64,000 bases of DNA from a virus. Lineage: Duplodnaviria; Caudoviricetes. The notes below the pieces were generated by a model, which saw nothing but the letters and a program-made list of their open reading frames with translations, did not search any database and was not told where the DNA came from. How positions within the stretch are numbered: position 1 is the stretch's first letter; every line of letters starts with the position of its first letter. The stretch spans positions 32,001-96,000 of the IMG/VR virus record IMGVR_UViG_3300013121_000029. The stretch is one strand, 5' to 3'. Positions 20,369 through 30,507 of the stretch are shown here, piece by piece. Both the position numbers and the translations under genes were made by a program.

Positions 20369-21103
20369 TCAATTATATTCAGTACCATCTTTACGTGTTA
20401 AATATTCTTCACTTACACTTTTAAGAATTACTCTACCAAGATCATAGTTAGTATATTCTAATTGTGGTGTAATAACAATTCCTTCACGCATGTGTAATTC
20501 TTTTCCTGACACTGTTTCTTTACCAGATGTATATCTTTTAATAAGATCAGGATTCCAAGGACCAAAATATAATACTGGAACACGTGTTAATCCTAATTGT
20601 TTAATAACAATCATCTTTTCGAATTCGTGCAGATATCTACCTTTTTTTGGCATTCCAATATACACATCAAATACTCTGAATTCAGTTCTAGTGAATCCAT
20701 AATCAAACCCATCTTGTACTCCTGGTCCAATTATTTCGCCTACAACATAAATGGGAGTTTCAGGAGTGAGGAACGAATGTTCTCCTGATTCACATAATTG
20801 TTTTAATCGTTGACCAATTGTTAATCCATTAACATCTAATGATTGTCTATATGTTCTAACGTATAGATTTTGGCTATTTGTTTCATTATCTTTAAATGCT
20901 AAACCTTTTGCTCCAAGACCTTTTGAAATAATAATTACCTTACCATCTTCGAATAACTCTGGTTGATCTTGTAATAAAGGATTATAACCTATTTGACAAT
21001 TTGTGCCATGAATTTTTTCTGTTACGGTTACTCTAACATCTTCATTAAATACACTTCCGTTGTAGGTAACATTCTTCGTGTTAATTAAAATTTTCGCTTT
21101 CAT
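20369..21103 (-). CDS. RNA ligase DRB0094-family, C-terminal (adenylyltransferase) piece
   Basis: Motif I TEKIHGTN, GEIIGPGVQ, FRVFDVY, VPVLY, REGIVI, LKSVSEEYL; own promoter. Confidence 0.85.
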   Translation of the reverse strand: MKAKILINTKNVTYNGSVFNEDVRVTVTEKIHGTNCQIGYNPLLQDQPELFEDGKVIIISKGLGAKGLAFKDNETNSQNLYVRTYRQSLDVNGLTIGQRLKQLCESGEHSFLTPETPIYVVGEIIGPGVQDGFDYGFTRTEFRVFDVYIGMPKKGRYLHEFEKMIVIKQLGLTRVPVLYFGPWNPDLIKRYTSGKETVSGKELHMREGIVITPQLEYTNYDLGRVILKSVSEEYLTRKDGTEYN

Positions 21104-21115
21104 ATTCTCAATCTC

Positions 21116-21161
21116 ATAAATAGATAGATAATATTATACGTTAATAAAAGAAGAAATTCAA
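21116..21161. promoter_or_regulatory. Overlapping opposed promoters: late ATAAATA (+, 21116-21122) for the HNH gene; sigma70 TTGAAT-17-TATAAT (-, 21161-21133) for the ligase C-piece
   Basis: Both consensus elements lie in the 59-bp gap. Confidence 0.7.
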
Positions 21162-21162
21162 T

Positions 21163-21903
21163 ATGACAAAAACAATTCCGCAAGAACAAGTAATTCAAAG
21201 ATTCAGAACAATACATGGGGACAAATATGATTATTCTGAAGTCCAATATGAAAAAATGTTAATTAAAGTTTGTATTATATGCCCTCTTCATGGTAGATTT
21301 TTGATGAGACCTAATGATCATATATGGAATCATGGATGCCCTACATGCGGAAGTATACAAGGCAATAAAACCAAAATTAAAAATGAGAAAGCATCTGTGG
21401 ATGAACACGGAAAAACAAAATTTGAAAAAAGATATGAAAAAATACACGAAACAAGACGTCGAAATCAAAATTATAAATCAGCAGCCATTAAACGCATACA
21501 CACAATGAAGAGTAACGGAAGTTACGAGACCTGGAGAAGAAATTGGTATAATAAAATGGTAGAAATAGGAAAGTTTTCTGACCCATCTGATTATGATTTT
21601 GTCACATATGAACGTTTTAAACGTCGAGTATATAGAGAAACACGAAAAACATTGAAACGATGGGGTTATTTAATAAACTTTGATTCCACATTATTTACTA
21701 CAGATCGTCTTGTTGTTGATCATAAATATTCTGTTAACCAAGGATTTCTCAATAAAGTGTCGGTATATACTTTATCCCATATTCGAAATTTAACAGTTAT
21801 GGATCATAGTTCTAACTCCAGAAAAGGATCAACATGTTCAATAAGCTTAGAACAATTACTAGAAGATATTAATAATTTTGATCAAACTTGTATTGACGGG
21901 TAA
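21163..21903 (+). mobile_element. Free-standing HNH homing endonuclease with DUF723-like zinc module, inserted antisense into the RNA ligase gene
   Basis: HGDKYDYS..ICPLHGRF..GCPTCG; VVDHKYS..NLTVM...NSRKG. Confidence 0.8.
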
Positions 21904-22461
21904 TATAGGATTTCCTAATACATCACATTCGACTTCTATTTCTTCTGTAGATGACAGACTTTTCAATGGAGATTTGAAATTTTCAAGATCGTAATGTAAA
22001 GTAAATCCTGGAATATATGCTACATCACCACCAAATGATGGAGGAGGTACAGGTTCATATTTTGTAATACCTAAAAATTCAGCAACATCGTCTCCTTCCT
22101 TAACTAAGAGGACTTCTGCTGCTTCTGGATGTCCTTCTATGTTTACAGGACGTTCGATATCAGCATCATCAGAATCACCATTTACAGGAAATATTAATCC
22201 CTCAGAAAGTTGGCCACGGAGGCGAATCTCCTTCACTCTATTTTTATTTGGTCCAGCTAATTTGCCGACTAATTCTAATTTTTCGACAATCCACTGTGGA
22301 AGTAATGATGCAGGAGGAATGAATACTGCTAGATCTCCTGTTTTGTAGAGACCTTTTTTAACAATAGAACGATACTCCCCTATACGTGCAAGTTCTATGG
22401 CATCTGCATTAGGATGCGGTTCGATAGTTAATTTAAGTACTTGGACTTTAAATGTTGACAT
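21859..22461 (-). CDS. RNA ligase DRB0094-family, N-terminal (OB-fold) piece
   Basis: IEPHPNADAIE, GDLAVFIP, IRLRGQLSEGL, GDDVAEFLGITKYEP, YDLENF; promoter TTGATT-17-GATAAT at 22519-22491. Confidence 0.85.
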   Translation of the reverse strand: MSTFKVQVLKLTIEPHPNADAIELARIGEYRSIVKKGLYKTGDLAVFIPPASLLPQWIVEKLELVGKLAGPNKNRVKEIRLRGQLSEGLIFPVNGDSDDADIERPVNIEGHPEAAEVLLVKEGDDVAEFLGITKYEPVPPPSFGGDVAYIPGFTLHYDLENFKSPLKSLSSTEEIEVECDVLGNPILPVNTSLIKIINIF

Positions 22462-22520
22462 GATATATACTCTAAAAAGATTTATAGAGTATTATCATTT
22501 AAAATAAATTGATAATCAAC

Positions 22521-23054
22521 TTATACGAATATCCTTCCTAGAACTTTAGTTACCCGTGAAACGTCAGATGGATGAAACGTTGTGCCATTCTGTCCACACG
22601 AGAAATTACCTTCGACTACTTTAGGAGCACCTTCTAAAGTAGTTAATTTGTTTTCATAACAAAAAAATCCCTTAGGTCCTATACGAGAAGGTGCACCCTT
22701 GAGTGATATTAATTGATTACCAACACATGAATATTCTCCATCTACCTCCGAAGGTGAATATTGTAATGTGGTTAATTCGTTGTGTGAACAGTCAAAATTA
22801 CCTTCGACTACTTTAGGAGCCCCTTTAAGCGAAGTTAATTTATTATATGAACAATCAAAATCACCTTCAATCGTTCCAAATTGTATATCTATCGAAATTA
22901 ACTTGGCACCTGACAAATTTACATTGCCCATAACGTGAACATGACCTGAATGTTTCCCCACCACATAATTGTTAATGTTATATTTCCTACACCATTTATG
23001 TATTGCTGAATGATCTGGCTCTGTAGTTTCTGTTAATAAGTCAGTTAGTTTCAT
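22521..23054 (-). CDS. LRR-like (LTSLKGAP) repeat protein
   Basis: FDCSYNKLTSLKGAPKVVEG repeats; MKLTDLLTE leader. Confidence 0.75.
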   Translation of the reverse strand: MKLTDLLTETTEPDHSAIHKWCRKYNINNYVVGKHSGHVHVMGNVNLSGAKLISIDIQFGTIEGDFDCSYNKLTSLKGAPKVVEGNFDCSHNELTTLQYSPSEVDGEYSCVGNQLISLKGAPSRIGPKGFFCYENKLTTLEGAPKVVEGNFSCGQNGTTFHPSDVSRVTKVLGRIFV

Positions 23055-25102
23055 GTCATGTAAGTTACGTTATCAGCACGTGAAGTATTAAGTTGTCTCA
23101 AAAATGCTTCATATGTTTCTTTACTATCAAGAATTAAGAAGGCACCACGATTGCGTAATAAGGTAACAATATTTCTAAAATTATCCCCGTGTAATATATC
23201 ACTATCAGATGCAACAATAATATTATACTTGTCAGTAATAGCTTCTTGTGCAATTCCTAATTCTGCAGTTGTGAAAGCAGTACCACCATTTTGCGTCATA
23301 TTAATTACTTGTGATAATTTATGAGTCCAGGTTGAAGGTGAATCTTTAACAGAGTTAACAGGAGCAGCTATATCCCCCTCAACTTGTGCTTTAAATAAGG
23401 AATACCCATCACTGAATCTCATAATAGCAAATTGTGTTTTACGGAAAGCTGTCTTACTAGCAAGTTCAAGAACGCTCTTGTTGATAGAACCAATAATAGG
23501 AGACATTGATCCTGACGAGTCTAATATAAACAATAGTTTAGCTGTAGTCTCGACTCCAATTTCGCCAGGAGAAACGGAACCAGATCCTGTTTGTTTAACC
23601 TGCAAGGCAGTTCTTCCGGCACTTCTTGTATTCATTCTTTGATATGTTTCTTCAGTTTCTTGAGCAGCATTTAGCACTAATTGACGAATGATTTCCTTCC
23701 AAGAAATTCGTGGAGGTTGTGGAGTTACAGCAGTAATTTTTCCAGCACCGCTTCCAGGTTGTCCTGTGGATTTAGATTTAGCAGGAGGTTGATCTTTTAC
23801 ATCATCCTTACGTTCCTCTTTAACCTGTTCAGCAATTTTCTTACTTACTTCATCCACCACTTGGTTAATATTTTGACCAGGTTTAGTATGAATATCAATT
23901 GATTGCTGTCCTTTTTCAGGTGGATTAGTGTCATCAATATTAACATTAGTTTCCTCACCTTCTTCGTTACCAGGATCATGATCGTCCGTTTGACGATCTA
24001 ACCAATCTTCAATATCGCTACCATTTTCCCCATCACCTGGATCACCACCTTCGCCATCTTTACTTTCATCATCTTTACTTTCTTTTAATTTTTGTAATTC
24101 TTCTTTAACAATTTTGTACATCAATTCATAACTGTCTTGACGGTCATAGTTAATTTCGTCACAAAATAATCCCATAGGAAGCGGAGAGAATCCGCTTTTT
24201 GCTAGTAAGTAGTTAGAACGGAAGTCACCAACATAGTTAATAATTTTAGGATTTGCTTTTCCACCATTATCTGGATCTTTAATGATTTTTTGATAATAAA
24301 AATCACTATGTGTAAAATGCATGTATTCATGTAGAATTAAAAACTCAATATAAGCATACTCTGGTGGGAATTTACCACCATTGTTTGTATATTTTAATCC
24401 TTGTGGTTGAAGTTTAATTATATGAGCATAATCCATTAATTTTTGCATAAACAAAATATTAAAGATAAATGTACCACTTGGAGTAGCAGCTGCAGTATCG
24501 ATAGAAGCCCATCTATCTTCTTTTGTAGATTGTTTATTCTTTTTTCTCTCTAATCTTTCTTCTTTTTCTTTTTGTAATTGTTCGGCTTTTTTAGGATCAA
24601 TAAGATCGTTGCCGTGTCCAGGATGAACTCTTGTGAACACAAAGTCTTCATTTTTTAATGGTTTACGTTCAAGATAACTAACAAGTGGAAAGAATTCAGG
24701 CATCTCAGACTTAAGTTTATTGAGTAACCTTTCAAATATAACTTTTGAAAATTTTGGACCCCCGACGTCAACATCTACGTTACAAAATAAATCAAATAAT
24801 GTACTTTCGATAAAATTGTTCTTCATTGTCGAAAATAATAATGGAGCTAATTTTTCTTTTCCGTTTAAATTTGCGACTTTTTCGTTTATTAAATCAACAA
24901 CAACTGCTGGTGCCACATTTGCAGCCTTTGCGACGATTTTAATGACATCTTGAATATGAGGATCATTTAACGATGAAGCACGGAATTTCACTGTTCCGCG
25001 TTTGGCTTTTGTTATATCCATAGAAGCCTCACGAATAATCTTCGGAGGCATATCAAGTGATACCTTTTGTGTCATTCTATCTCTTAAGGATAACAATTTC
25101 AT
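23051..25102 (-). CDS. Metallopeptidase (HExxH)-vWA protein, DUF2201-like
   Basis: DTAAAT, LILHEYMH, acidic linker, MIDAS LDSSGSM, GGT, SDSD. Confidence 0.75.
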   Translation of the reverse strand: MKLLSLRDRMTQKVSLDMPPKIIREASMDITKAKRGTVKFRASSLNDPHIQDVIKIVAKAANVAPAVVVDLINEKVANLNGKEKLAPLLFSTMKNNFIESTLFDLFCNVDVDVGGPKFSKVIFERLLNKLKSEMPEFFPLVSYLERKPLKNEDFVFTRVHPGHGNDLIDPKKAEQLQKEKEERLERKKNKQSTKEDRWASIDTAAATPSGTFIFNILFMQKLMDYAHIIKLQPQGLKYTNNGGKFPPEYAYIEFLILHEYMHFTHSDFYYQKIIKDPDNGGKANPKIINYVGDFRSNYLLAKSGFSPLPMGLFCDEINYDRQDSYELMYKIVKEELQKLKESKDDESKDGEGGDPGDGENGSDIEDWLDRQTDDHDPGNEEGEETNVNIDDTNPPEKGQQSIDIHTKPGQNINQVVDEVSKKIAEQVKEERKDDVKDQPPAKSKSTGQPGSGAGKITAVTPQPPRISWKEIIRQLVLNAAQETEETYQRMNTRSAGRTALQVKQTGSGSVSPGEIGVETTAKLLFILDSSGSMSPIIGSINKSVLELASKTAFRKTQFAIMRFSDGYSLFKAQVEGDIAAPVNSVKDSPSTWTHKLSQVINMTQNGGTAFTTAELGIAQEAITDKYNIIVASDSDILHGDNFRNIVTLLRNRGAFLILDSKETYEAFLRQLNTSRADNVTYMT

Positions 25103-27705
25103 TATGCTGTGGCCTCTTGTACAACAGTATTAGCAACATCATCTTGTTCAACGAACGCACTTACTACATCGAATAAAATATCTGGTTCAAGTTTGTCCTT
25201 AATTTCATTTTTCTTAATTCTGCAACTGGACACTTGATTTACACGATCGTTTGATACTTCATGCATAATCAAGGTGGTACGTAATACGATGAGGAAGTTT
25301 GCAAGGAAGCTGACTTGTAATGAATCATCTTGTGCAAATGTACCTTGTTCAATGTTAGGACGTAATACTGGATGAGATTGATCTAACAAATATTGCTGAG
25401 CACGTTTATCATTTTCAGTCATATATAAAGCCACGTTCTTCATTGCTGAATCGAATTCAGGATGTGATACGCTCTTATTTGCATTTATTAATTCTTCATC
25501 TTCAGGCATATCTTTCAATGGTTTCTTCAAAGACAAATAGTCTTGTAATACATCATCTAAACTCTTACGTAATGTAGGACGTTTGACGAATAAATTACCG
25601 AACACACTTACATCTAAGTTATCAAACCACTCACGTAATACATTATAAATGTTTTGATAATCTAAAGCACCATGCTTATATTGGAAAGAGTTTGTAGTTG
25701 CTTCTTCAAATGCTTCAGCCATTGTCTGTGTAACATATTCTTTTGACTTAATTTTATCTTCAAACACTTCAGGATTTCTTTTTAATTTATCTAAAATAGT
25801 ATCAACAGAATCGACCATGTGCTTATATAATGATTCATATTCACGTGGAGAGAAGTAAAATTCACTTGATCCGACATGTAAGTTAAATGGTTTCTTAGAT
25901 TCAGGAACACCTGGAGTCTTTGATTTAAATTGTGAAACAAATGTTTCTATTACAGCTTGAACTGCATCTTTAGCATCAGGTGAGGCGTCCACATCTAAAT
26001 TTTTAATGTAATTCCAAGTCGAGTTCCAATTACCATATGCTGGAATAATATCAACCACGTCTCTAAAATGTTCTGTTAATTGTGAAGTGGCGCCACCAAT
26101 AGGGTTAATTGCACCAACAACGATTGATCCGTCAGGAATTTTGATGAGATTTCCTTTTTCATCAGGACCAAAATTTTTCTCAAGCATAATTCTACGTAAA
26201 GCATTAAACACTTTAGTTGATTGTACGCGATTGATTTCGTCGAAGAAAATTAAATATTTCCATTCTTTATTAGGAAATTCTTTAATTAATTGTTCAGCTT
26301 TTTTCGGATCATCCTTGTATTGCTCACGCCAATAATCAAATAACACTTTCTCAGCACTTTTCTTTTGTGTCATAATACGTTGATAAAGTTCTGGTTCAGA
26401 GAAGTGTACTTTACGATTGCCTTCTTGATCTTCTTGTGCCAATGGAATACCAATAACGGATTCAGGATTTAATACTGTCGCTTCGATAGGAATATATGCT
26501 AATCCTAAATCGTGAGCAATTTTTAAAGAATTAGTTGTTTTTCCGATTCCCGGAGGACCAGACACGATAGGAATATATTTTCTATACTCTCCTAATTTCA
26601 TTTGAGCTCTAACAAGAGAGAATAGTGTATCTCTCCAACTTGTATCATCTAATGTTTGATGTTCGTCAACGGACATTTTTGACGTAGCTTTCATTGCGTC
26701 AATTGTTAATTTCATTACTTTTGAACTCAATTCACCAAAATGTTTATCGATATAATGATAGAAATTATGTTTTACGTTTGTAAGTAATTGTTTTGCTTCT
26801 GCTTCATTTTCGACAGGTAAGGAGGCACAAATATACAACATCAATTGTTCCCATCTACGAGGAGAAATTCTGACTCCACGATCAGTATAATTTATATCAT
26901 CATCTGTAAGATGTTCACGGAAGATTTTAATTACATCAGGGTTAATATCTACACGAGGATTTTTTTCGTGTTTAGATTCAAACCAATCAAACCATTCTTC
27001 TTTTGTTGGAGCTTCATGTTTAAGAATTAACCAATCTTCATTTGACAGTACTGGTTCAACAGCACCATGAGTAATGTCGCTCATATTTGAAGCATAGATG
27101 ATATACACACTATCAGGTACTTTATCCATACCGATATTACGGTTTAGCAATCCACGTAAGATGTTTCTTGTTCTTGTAGAAGATTGTCTATAGTATTCAT
27201 CTAAAAATAGAATGCAATTATAACGATCACGTGCCTTCTGAATAGTTGGTGGAATAGTTTTTTCGTCACCACCCATTCTCATAAACAATTGTTGAATGTG
27301 GCTCGGAGCGTCAGCAATTTCTTTCAAATAATCTGAATCACTTATTTTTTTAACTGCTTTAATTTTAGTTAATAAATTAGATTCTGCTAATTGGATTTGA
27401 TATTGTGTTCCTTTCGATGCTTGATCTTTCATGTCTTCTAAATCAACAGATACAGAATCGCCAGTTGATTTATTTGTGACCGGATCGAACGTGATAAAAG
27501 GAATATTAATCAAATGTTCTTCAATAATATGTGGAATCTCAATTACAATTGTTTTAATACCAGTTAATTTAGACAATAATTCAATACTACTAGTCTTTCC
27601 TATACCAGGATCACCAGTTAACAATGCTCCTGCTGGAGTTGTTGAATTCATGTTTTTAATAATCTTAGTTAATTGTTTTTCTATTTTTGTGCCCATTAAA
27701 TTCAT
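25102..27705 (-). CDS. Tandem double AAA+ (MoxR-like) ATPase
   Basis: Two Walker A/B sets: GDPGIGKT/LFLDE and GPPGIGKT/IFFDEINR; SPR motifs. Confidence 0.8.
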   Translation of the reverse strand: MNLMGTKIEKQLTKIIKNMNSTTPAGALLTGDPGIGKTSSIELLSKLTGIKTIVIEIPHIIEEHLINIPFITFDPVTNKSTGDSVSVDLEDMKDQASKGTQYQIQLAESNLLTKIKAVKKISDSDYLKEIADAPSHIQQLFMRMGGDEKTIPPTIQKARDRYNCILFLDEYYRQSSTRTRNILRGLLNRNIGMDKVPDSVYIIYASNMSDITHGAVEPVLSNEDWLILKHEAPTKEEWFDWFESKHEKNPRVDINPDVIKIFREHLTDDDINYTDRGVRISPRRWEQLMLYICASLPVENEAEAKQLLTNVKHNFYHYIDKHFGELSSKVMKLTIDAMKATSKMSVDEHQTLDDTSWRDTLFSLVRAQMKLGEYRKYIPIVSGPPGIGKTTNSLKIAHDLGLAYIPIEATVLNPESVIGIPLAQEDQEGNRKVHFSEPELYQRIMTQKKSAEKVLFDYWREQYKDDPKKAEQLIKEFPNKEWKYLIFFDEINRVQSTKVFNALRRIMLEKNFGPDEKGNLIKIPDGSIVVGAINPIGGATSQLTEHFRDVVDIIPAYGNWNSTWNYIKNLDVDASPDAKDAVQAVIETFVSQFKSKTPGVPESKKPFNLHVGSSEFYFSPREYESLYKHMVDSVDTILDKLKRNPEVFEDKIKSKEYVTQTMAEAFEEATTNSFQYKHGALDYQNIYNVLREWFDNLDVSVFGNLFVKRPTLRKSLDDVLQDYLSLKKPLKDMPEDEELINANKSVSHPEFDSAMKNVALYMTENDKRAQQYLLDQSHPVLRPNIEQGTFAQDDSLQVSFLANFLIVLRTTLIMHEVSNDRVNQVSSCRIKKNEIKDKLEPDILFDVVSAFVEQDDVANTVVQEATA

Positions 27706-28559
27706 TATGTTGCCCTCGCAAACTGTTGTAATCCTGCTTGTACTAATTCATCTTTGCAATCCATTGGATCAGGATCAGACATTTGCAAATGTCTGTTAAT
27801 AATTTGAACCGCTGTGTATAGTGGACCTCTGTCATCAGAGGATAAGTTAATTTTCGTGACACCATCAATCAACATAACACTTAATATTGAACTTGTGATT
27901 TGATCATCAATAGTAATTGACCCTTTCATTTTTTTTACATGTTTATGTAAATTAGCTAATGATGTAAATCCATTATATGATATATTTAAGCTGCCTTGTA
28001 TATTACTAGGCATTCCTTCAAATGATTTGATTTGTGGACAATTAGTAATAGTTAATCCTGATGCTAATTTTGGTTGTGAAGTTTGTAAAGTAGAAGGTAA
28101 TCCTTTTAATGATGTTAGCTTTTCATTATTTGCAAGATTAATAATACTAGCTTGTTGAGGACAGCCTTCTAAATTTGTAATATTTGTATTATCCACAATA
28201 AAATTTGTAACAGATGGTGGACAGCCTTTTAATGAAGTAAATTCTTCGCCATGAAGGGCAAGTTGAAATAAAGTACCAGAGAATTTAAATGCCAAATGAC
28301 CATCTTTAAGAAGATGTGTAACTTCTGATTTTGTGAAGTGGTCCATTTCAAGACTAATGATTTGATTAGGTGCTACCACTGTTAAATCGTCTGTAATTTC
28401 AAATTGAATTAATCTAGAACCATGTACTTGGCGTTCATGGTTAATAATATTAAACAACTTCTCTATGTGCTCTTTTTTTGCCTCTATAGAAGATTCGTTA
28501 ATTGGAGTAATGTTGTTAACAACAGATTGTTTTAAATTAGCGAAATCCGTTAACTTCAT
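27705..28559 (-). CDS. LRR-like (LTSLKGCP) repeat protein
   Basis: FTSLKGCP, ITNLEGCP, LTSLKGLP, IKSFEGMP; C-terminus like 16347-17138; late promoter 28583-28589. Confidence 0.7.
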   Translation of the reverse strand: MKLTDFANLKQSVVNNITPINESSIEAKKEHIEKLFNIINHERQVHGSRLIQFEITDDLTVVAPNQIISLEMDHFTKSEVTHLLKDGHLAFKFSGTLFQLALHGEEFTSLKGCPPSVTNFIVDNTNITNLEGCPQQASIINLANNEKLTSLKGLPSTLQTSQPKLASGLTITNCPQIKSFEGMPSNIQGSLNISYNGFTSLANLHKHVKKMKGSITIDDQITSSILSVMLIDGVTKINLSSDDRGPLYTAVQIINRHLQMSDPDPMDCKDELVQAGLQQFARAT

Positions 28560-28603
28560 GAAAAATACTCTTGTGGATTAACTATTTATTAAAAATTGCT
28601 AGT

Positions 28604-28819
28604 TTAATCAAAACTCATAGCACGTTTGAAACTTGCTGGATCGTTCTTTTTAAGTGACTTTAACGAATTGTAATGCGATTTATATTCAGGGCTTGTAGGA
28701 TCATCTAACCCCATAAAAGAAAGAGCAGCTTTGATTTGTGGATCATCAGAGCTGACTCCTTCATTTATTAACTGTTCTTCAACAGGTTTTGTGTTTGTTT
28801 CAATATCATGTAATTTCAT
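28604..28819 (-). CDS. Small late protein, MKLHDIE leader
   Basis: 71 aa; GAGG RBS inside a palindrome; late promoter 28841-28847. Confidence 0.55.
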   Translation of the reverse strand: MKLHDIETNTKPVEEQLINEGVSSDDPQIKAALSFMGLDDPTSPEYKSHYNSLKSLKKNDPASFKRAMSFD

Positions 28820-28847
28820 AGTAGAACCTCGAGGTTCTACTATTTAT
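28819..28847 (-). promoter_or_regulatory. Late promoter plus perfect 24-bp palindrome masking the RBS
   Basis: TAGTAGAACCTCGAGGTTCTACTA at 28819-28842. Confidence 0.7.
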
Positions 28848-29890
28848 TCCTCATCAGAATCGTTTTGATTAAATCCTTGACGAATACCTTTAAGGCCCTT
28901 GTAAGGTACAGATAAAGTCTTCACCACACTTGTCTTATTTCTCATTGCTGGAATAAAATCAAATGCTCTTTCAGAGAAACCTGCTAATTGATACCAACCA
29001 TCAATTTCGCTTACAGGAGTGGAAGCATATGCATTCAAGTTAAATGCTACTTTAACAACATTTGATCCGAAAATCTTTGTTGCTTCACGTTTTGAACTTA
29101 ACTGATTCACCTGCATATCACTAAACAGGATCACAGTATCAGGTTCAAATCCTAATGCTGGTTTAAGATCTAAAGCAGCCTGTAAGTTTGTTCCACCACC
29201 ATATGAACGTGCTTCAATGGCTTCTACGTTAGCAAACATATTTGCCTTTGGATCGACGTTGATGTGTTCAGCACTGTTACTGAAAATCGTAACTTTCACA
29301 TTAGTTGCGTTTTTATTTGCACCAACTAATGCTGCAGAGAAAAGCGCTCCAGTTTGAAGTGGAGTACCTTCCATACTTCCTGATACATCAAGAATAATCC
29401 AAATATTGTTACCAATAGAAGGAATGTTAGTTAAACTTGTGTTACATGCATCACGAACAGCAGCACGTAATCTATCTTTATTAACATTCTTACCTTGTGC
29501 TCCATCGATTGCTGTTAAAGCATTAACGAAACGGAAAGGAAGTTGTTTTGACTTTTTAATTTGGTCTTCATCAACTAACTTACCCATTACCTGCTTGATA
29601 ACAGTATCAGGTACGTTTGCTTCAATGATGTTTCGGAGATTGCGAAGAAGTGCCATATATTGTACACTGTTAGATTCGATCAAATCAGTCCAAACTTCAG
29701 CATTTGTTTTGCGCTCGTTTGCTGGTAATTGACCATTAGCACTCAACACAGTTTCCCATGTTTTTGGGGTTGCTAATTCGTCTTTTATCAATTTAGCAAA
29801 GATTTCACCTTGTTCTGGTGTTTTACCTACAGGGTGAACAATGCGTAATACGTCACGAAGTTTAACTTGTTTTTTGCTGTGCTTTGCCAT
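28844..29890 (-). CDS. rsr: Ro60/Rsr (TROVE-vWA) protein, C-terminal piece
   Basis: Starts MAKHSKKQVKLRDVLRIVHP after AGGAGA; TWET, YMALLRNLRNI, QLPFRF, DVSGSM, GGGT, FSDMQ. Confidence 0.85.
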   Translation of the reverse strand: MAKHSKKQVKLRDVLRIVHPVGKTPEQGEIFAKLIKDELATPKTWETVLSANGQLPANERKTNAEVWTDLIESNSVQYMALLRNLRNIIEANVPDTVIKQVMGKLVDEDQIKKSKQLPFRFVNALTAIDGAQGKNVNKDRLRAAVRDACNTSLTNIPSIGNNIWIILDVSGSMEGTPLQTGALFSAALVGANKNATNVKVTIFSNSAEHINVDPKANMFANVEAIEARSYGGGTNLQAALDLKPALGFEPDTVILFSDMQVNQLSSKREATKIFGSNVVKVAFNLNAYASTPVSEIDGWYQLAGFSERAFDFIPAMRNKTSVVKTLSVPYKGLKGIRQGFNQNDSDEE

Positions 29891-30476
29891 TTTCTTTCTC
29901 CTGTTTGTGTAGTAATTTATGACATTGTTTACATAATGTAAGTCCATTGTCAATATTAAATCTTTCATCCATATTTGTAGAGAACGGTTTAATGTGGTGA
30001 GCTTCTAGTTCACAATGTGTGATTCCGCACATCCTACAATAATATTGATCGCGTTGGAAAACTAATGTTCTCCAGGTTTTATATTGGTCTGATTGTCTAA
30101 GTAAAATGTTTTCATTACTTAATCCACCTTTCCAATTCCAATGAAGTTCTTTACTCTTTCCTGTATTTTTTAATCGATCATCCGTTCGTTTAGTTAATCC
30201 TTTATTCCAACTTGATTTGCCTTTTCGTGAAATAGAAAGCTTTTGCTTAGTTTCTTCTGAAACAGTTTTTCCTACCCATTTATGCCTATGAAGTCGGGCC
30301 CATGTATTTGCTCTTCCTTTTAAGGAATCTGATACTGTTCGTCTCGGAATTCCATATCGCTTCATCCAATTTAACACTGTTGCTCCTGAGCAATTAAATT
30401 TATCTGCAATTTGTTGTAGTGATAATTTTTGGTTGATGTATAACTCAATTAATAATTCTTGTTCGATTTTTTTCAT
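29862..30476 (-). mobile_element. Free-standing HNH homing endonuclease (HTH + NUMOD3 + HNH) splitting the TROVE gene
   Basis: GKTVSEETKQKLS, WNWKGG, CRMCG..EAHHIK..NGLTLCKQCH. Confidence 0.85.
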
Positions 30477-30478
30477 TT

Positions 30479-30507
30479 TAAATACTTCTAATATTAGAAG
30501 TATTTAT
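30479..30507 (-). promoter_or_regulatory. Late promoter overlapping the TROVE-N stop plus perfect 28-bp palindrome upstream of the HNH start
   Basis: TAAATACTTCTAATATTAGAAGTATTTA at 30479-30506. Confidence 0.7.

Noticed and set aside
21060-21975. Split intein in the fractured RNA ligase
   Set aside because: The added tails are short and show no intein block A/B or His-Asn-(C/S/T) junction motifs.
29891-29968. ORF-track N-terminal extension of the TROVE C-piece (similar over-long starts at 45676, 55481, 57075, 10687, 939)
   Set aside because: These extensions overlap promoters or neighbouring genes; downstream ATGs have clear RBSs.
30483-30502. ATACTTC/GAAGTAT in the HNH hairpin matching the Y-RNA conserved loop (TACTTC also occurs near 2521 and 12772)
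   Set aside because: A 6-7 nt match is expected by chance in AT-rich DNA; no further complementarity was seen.
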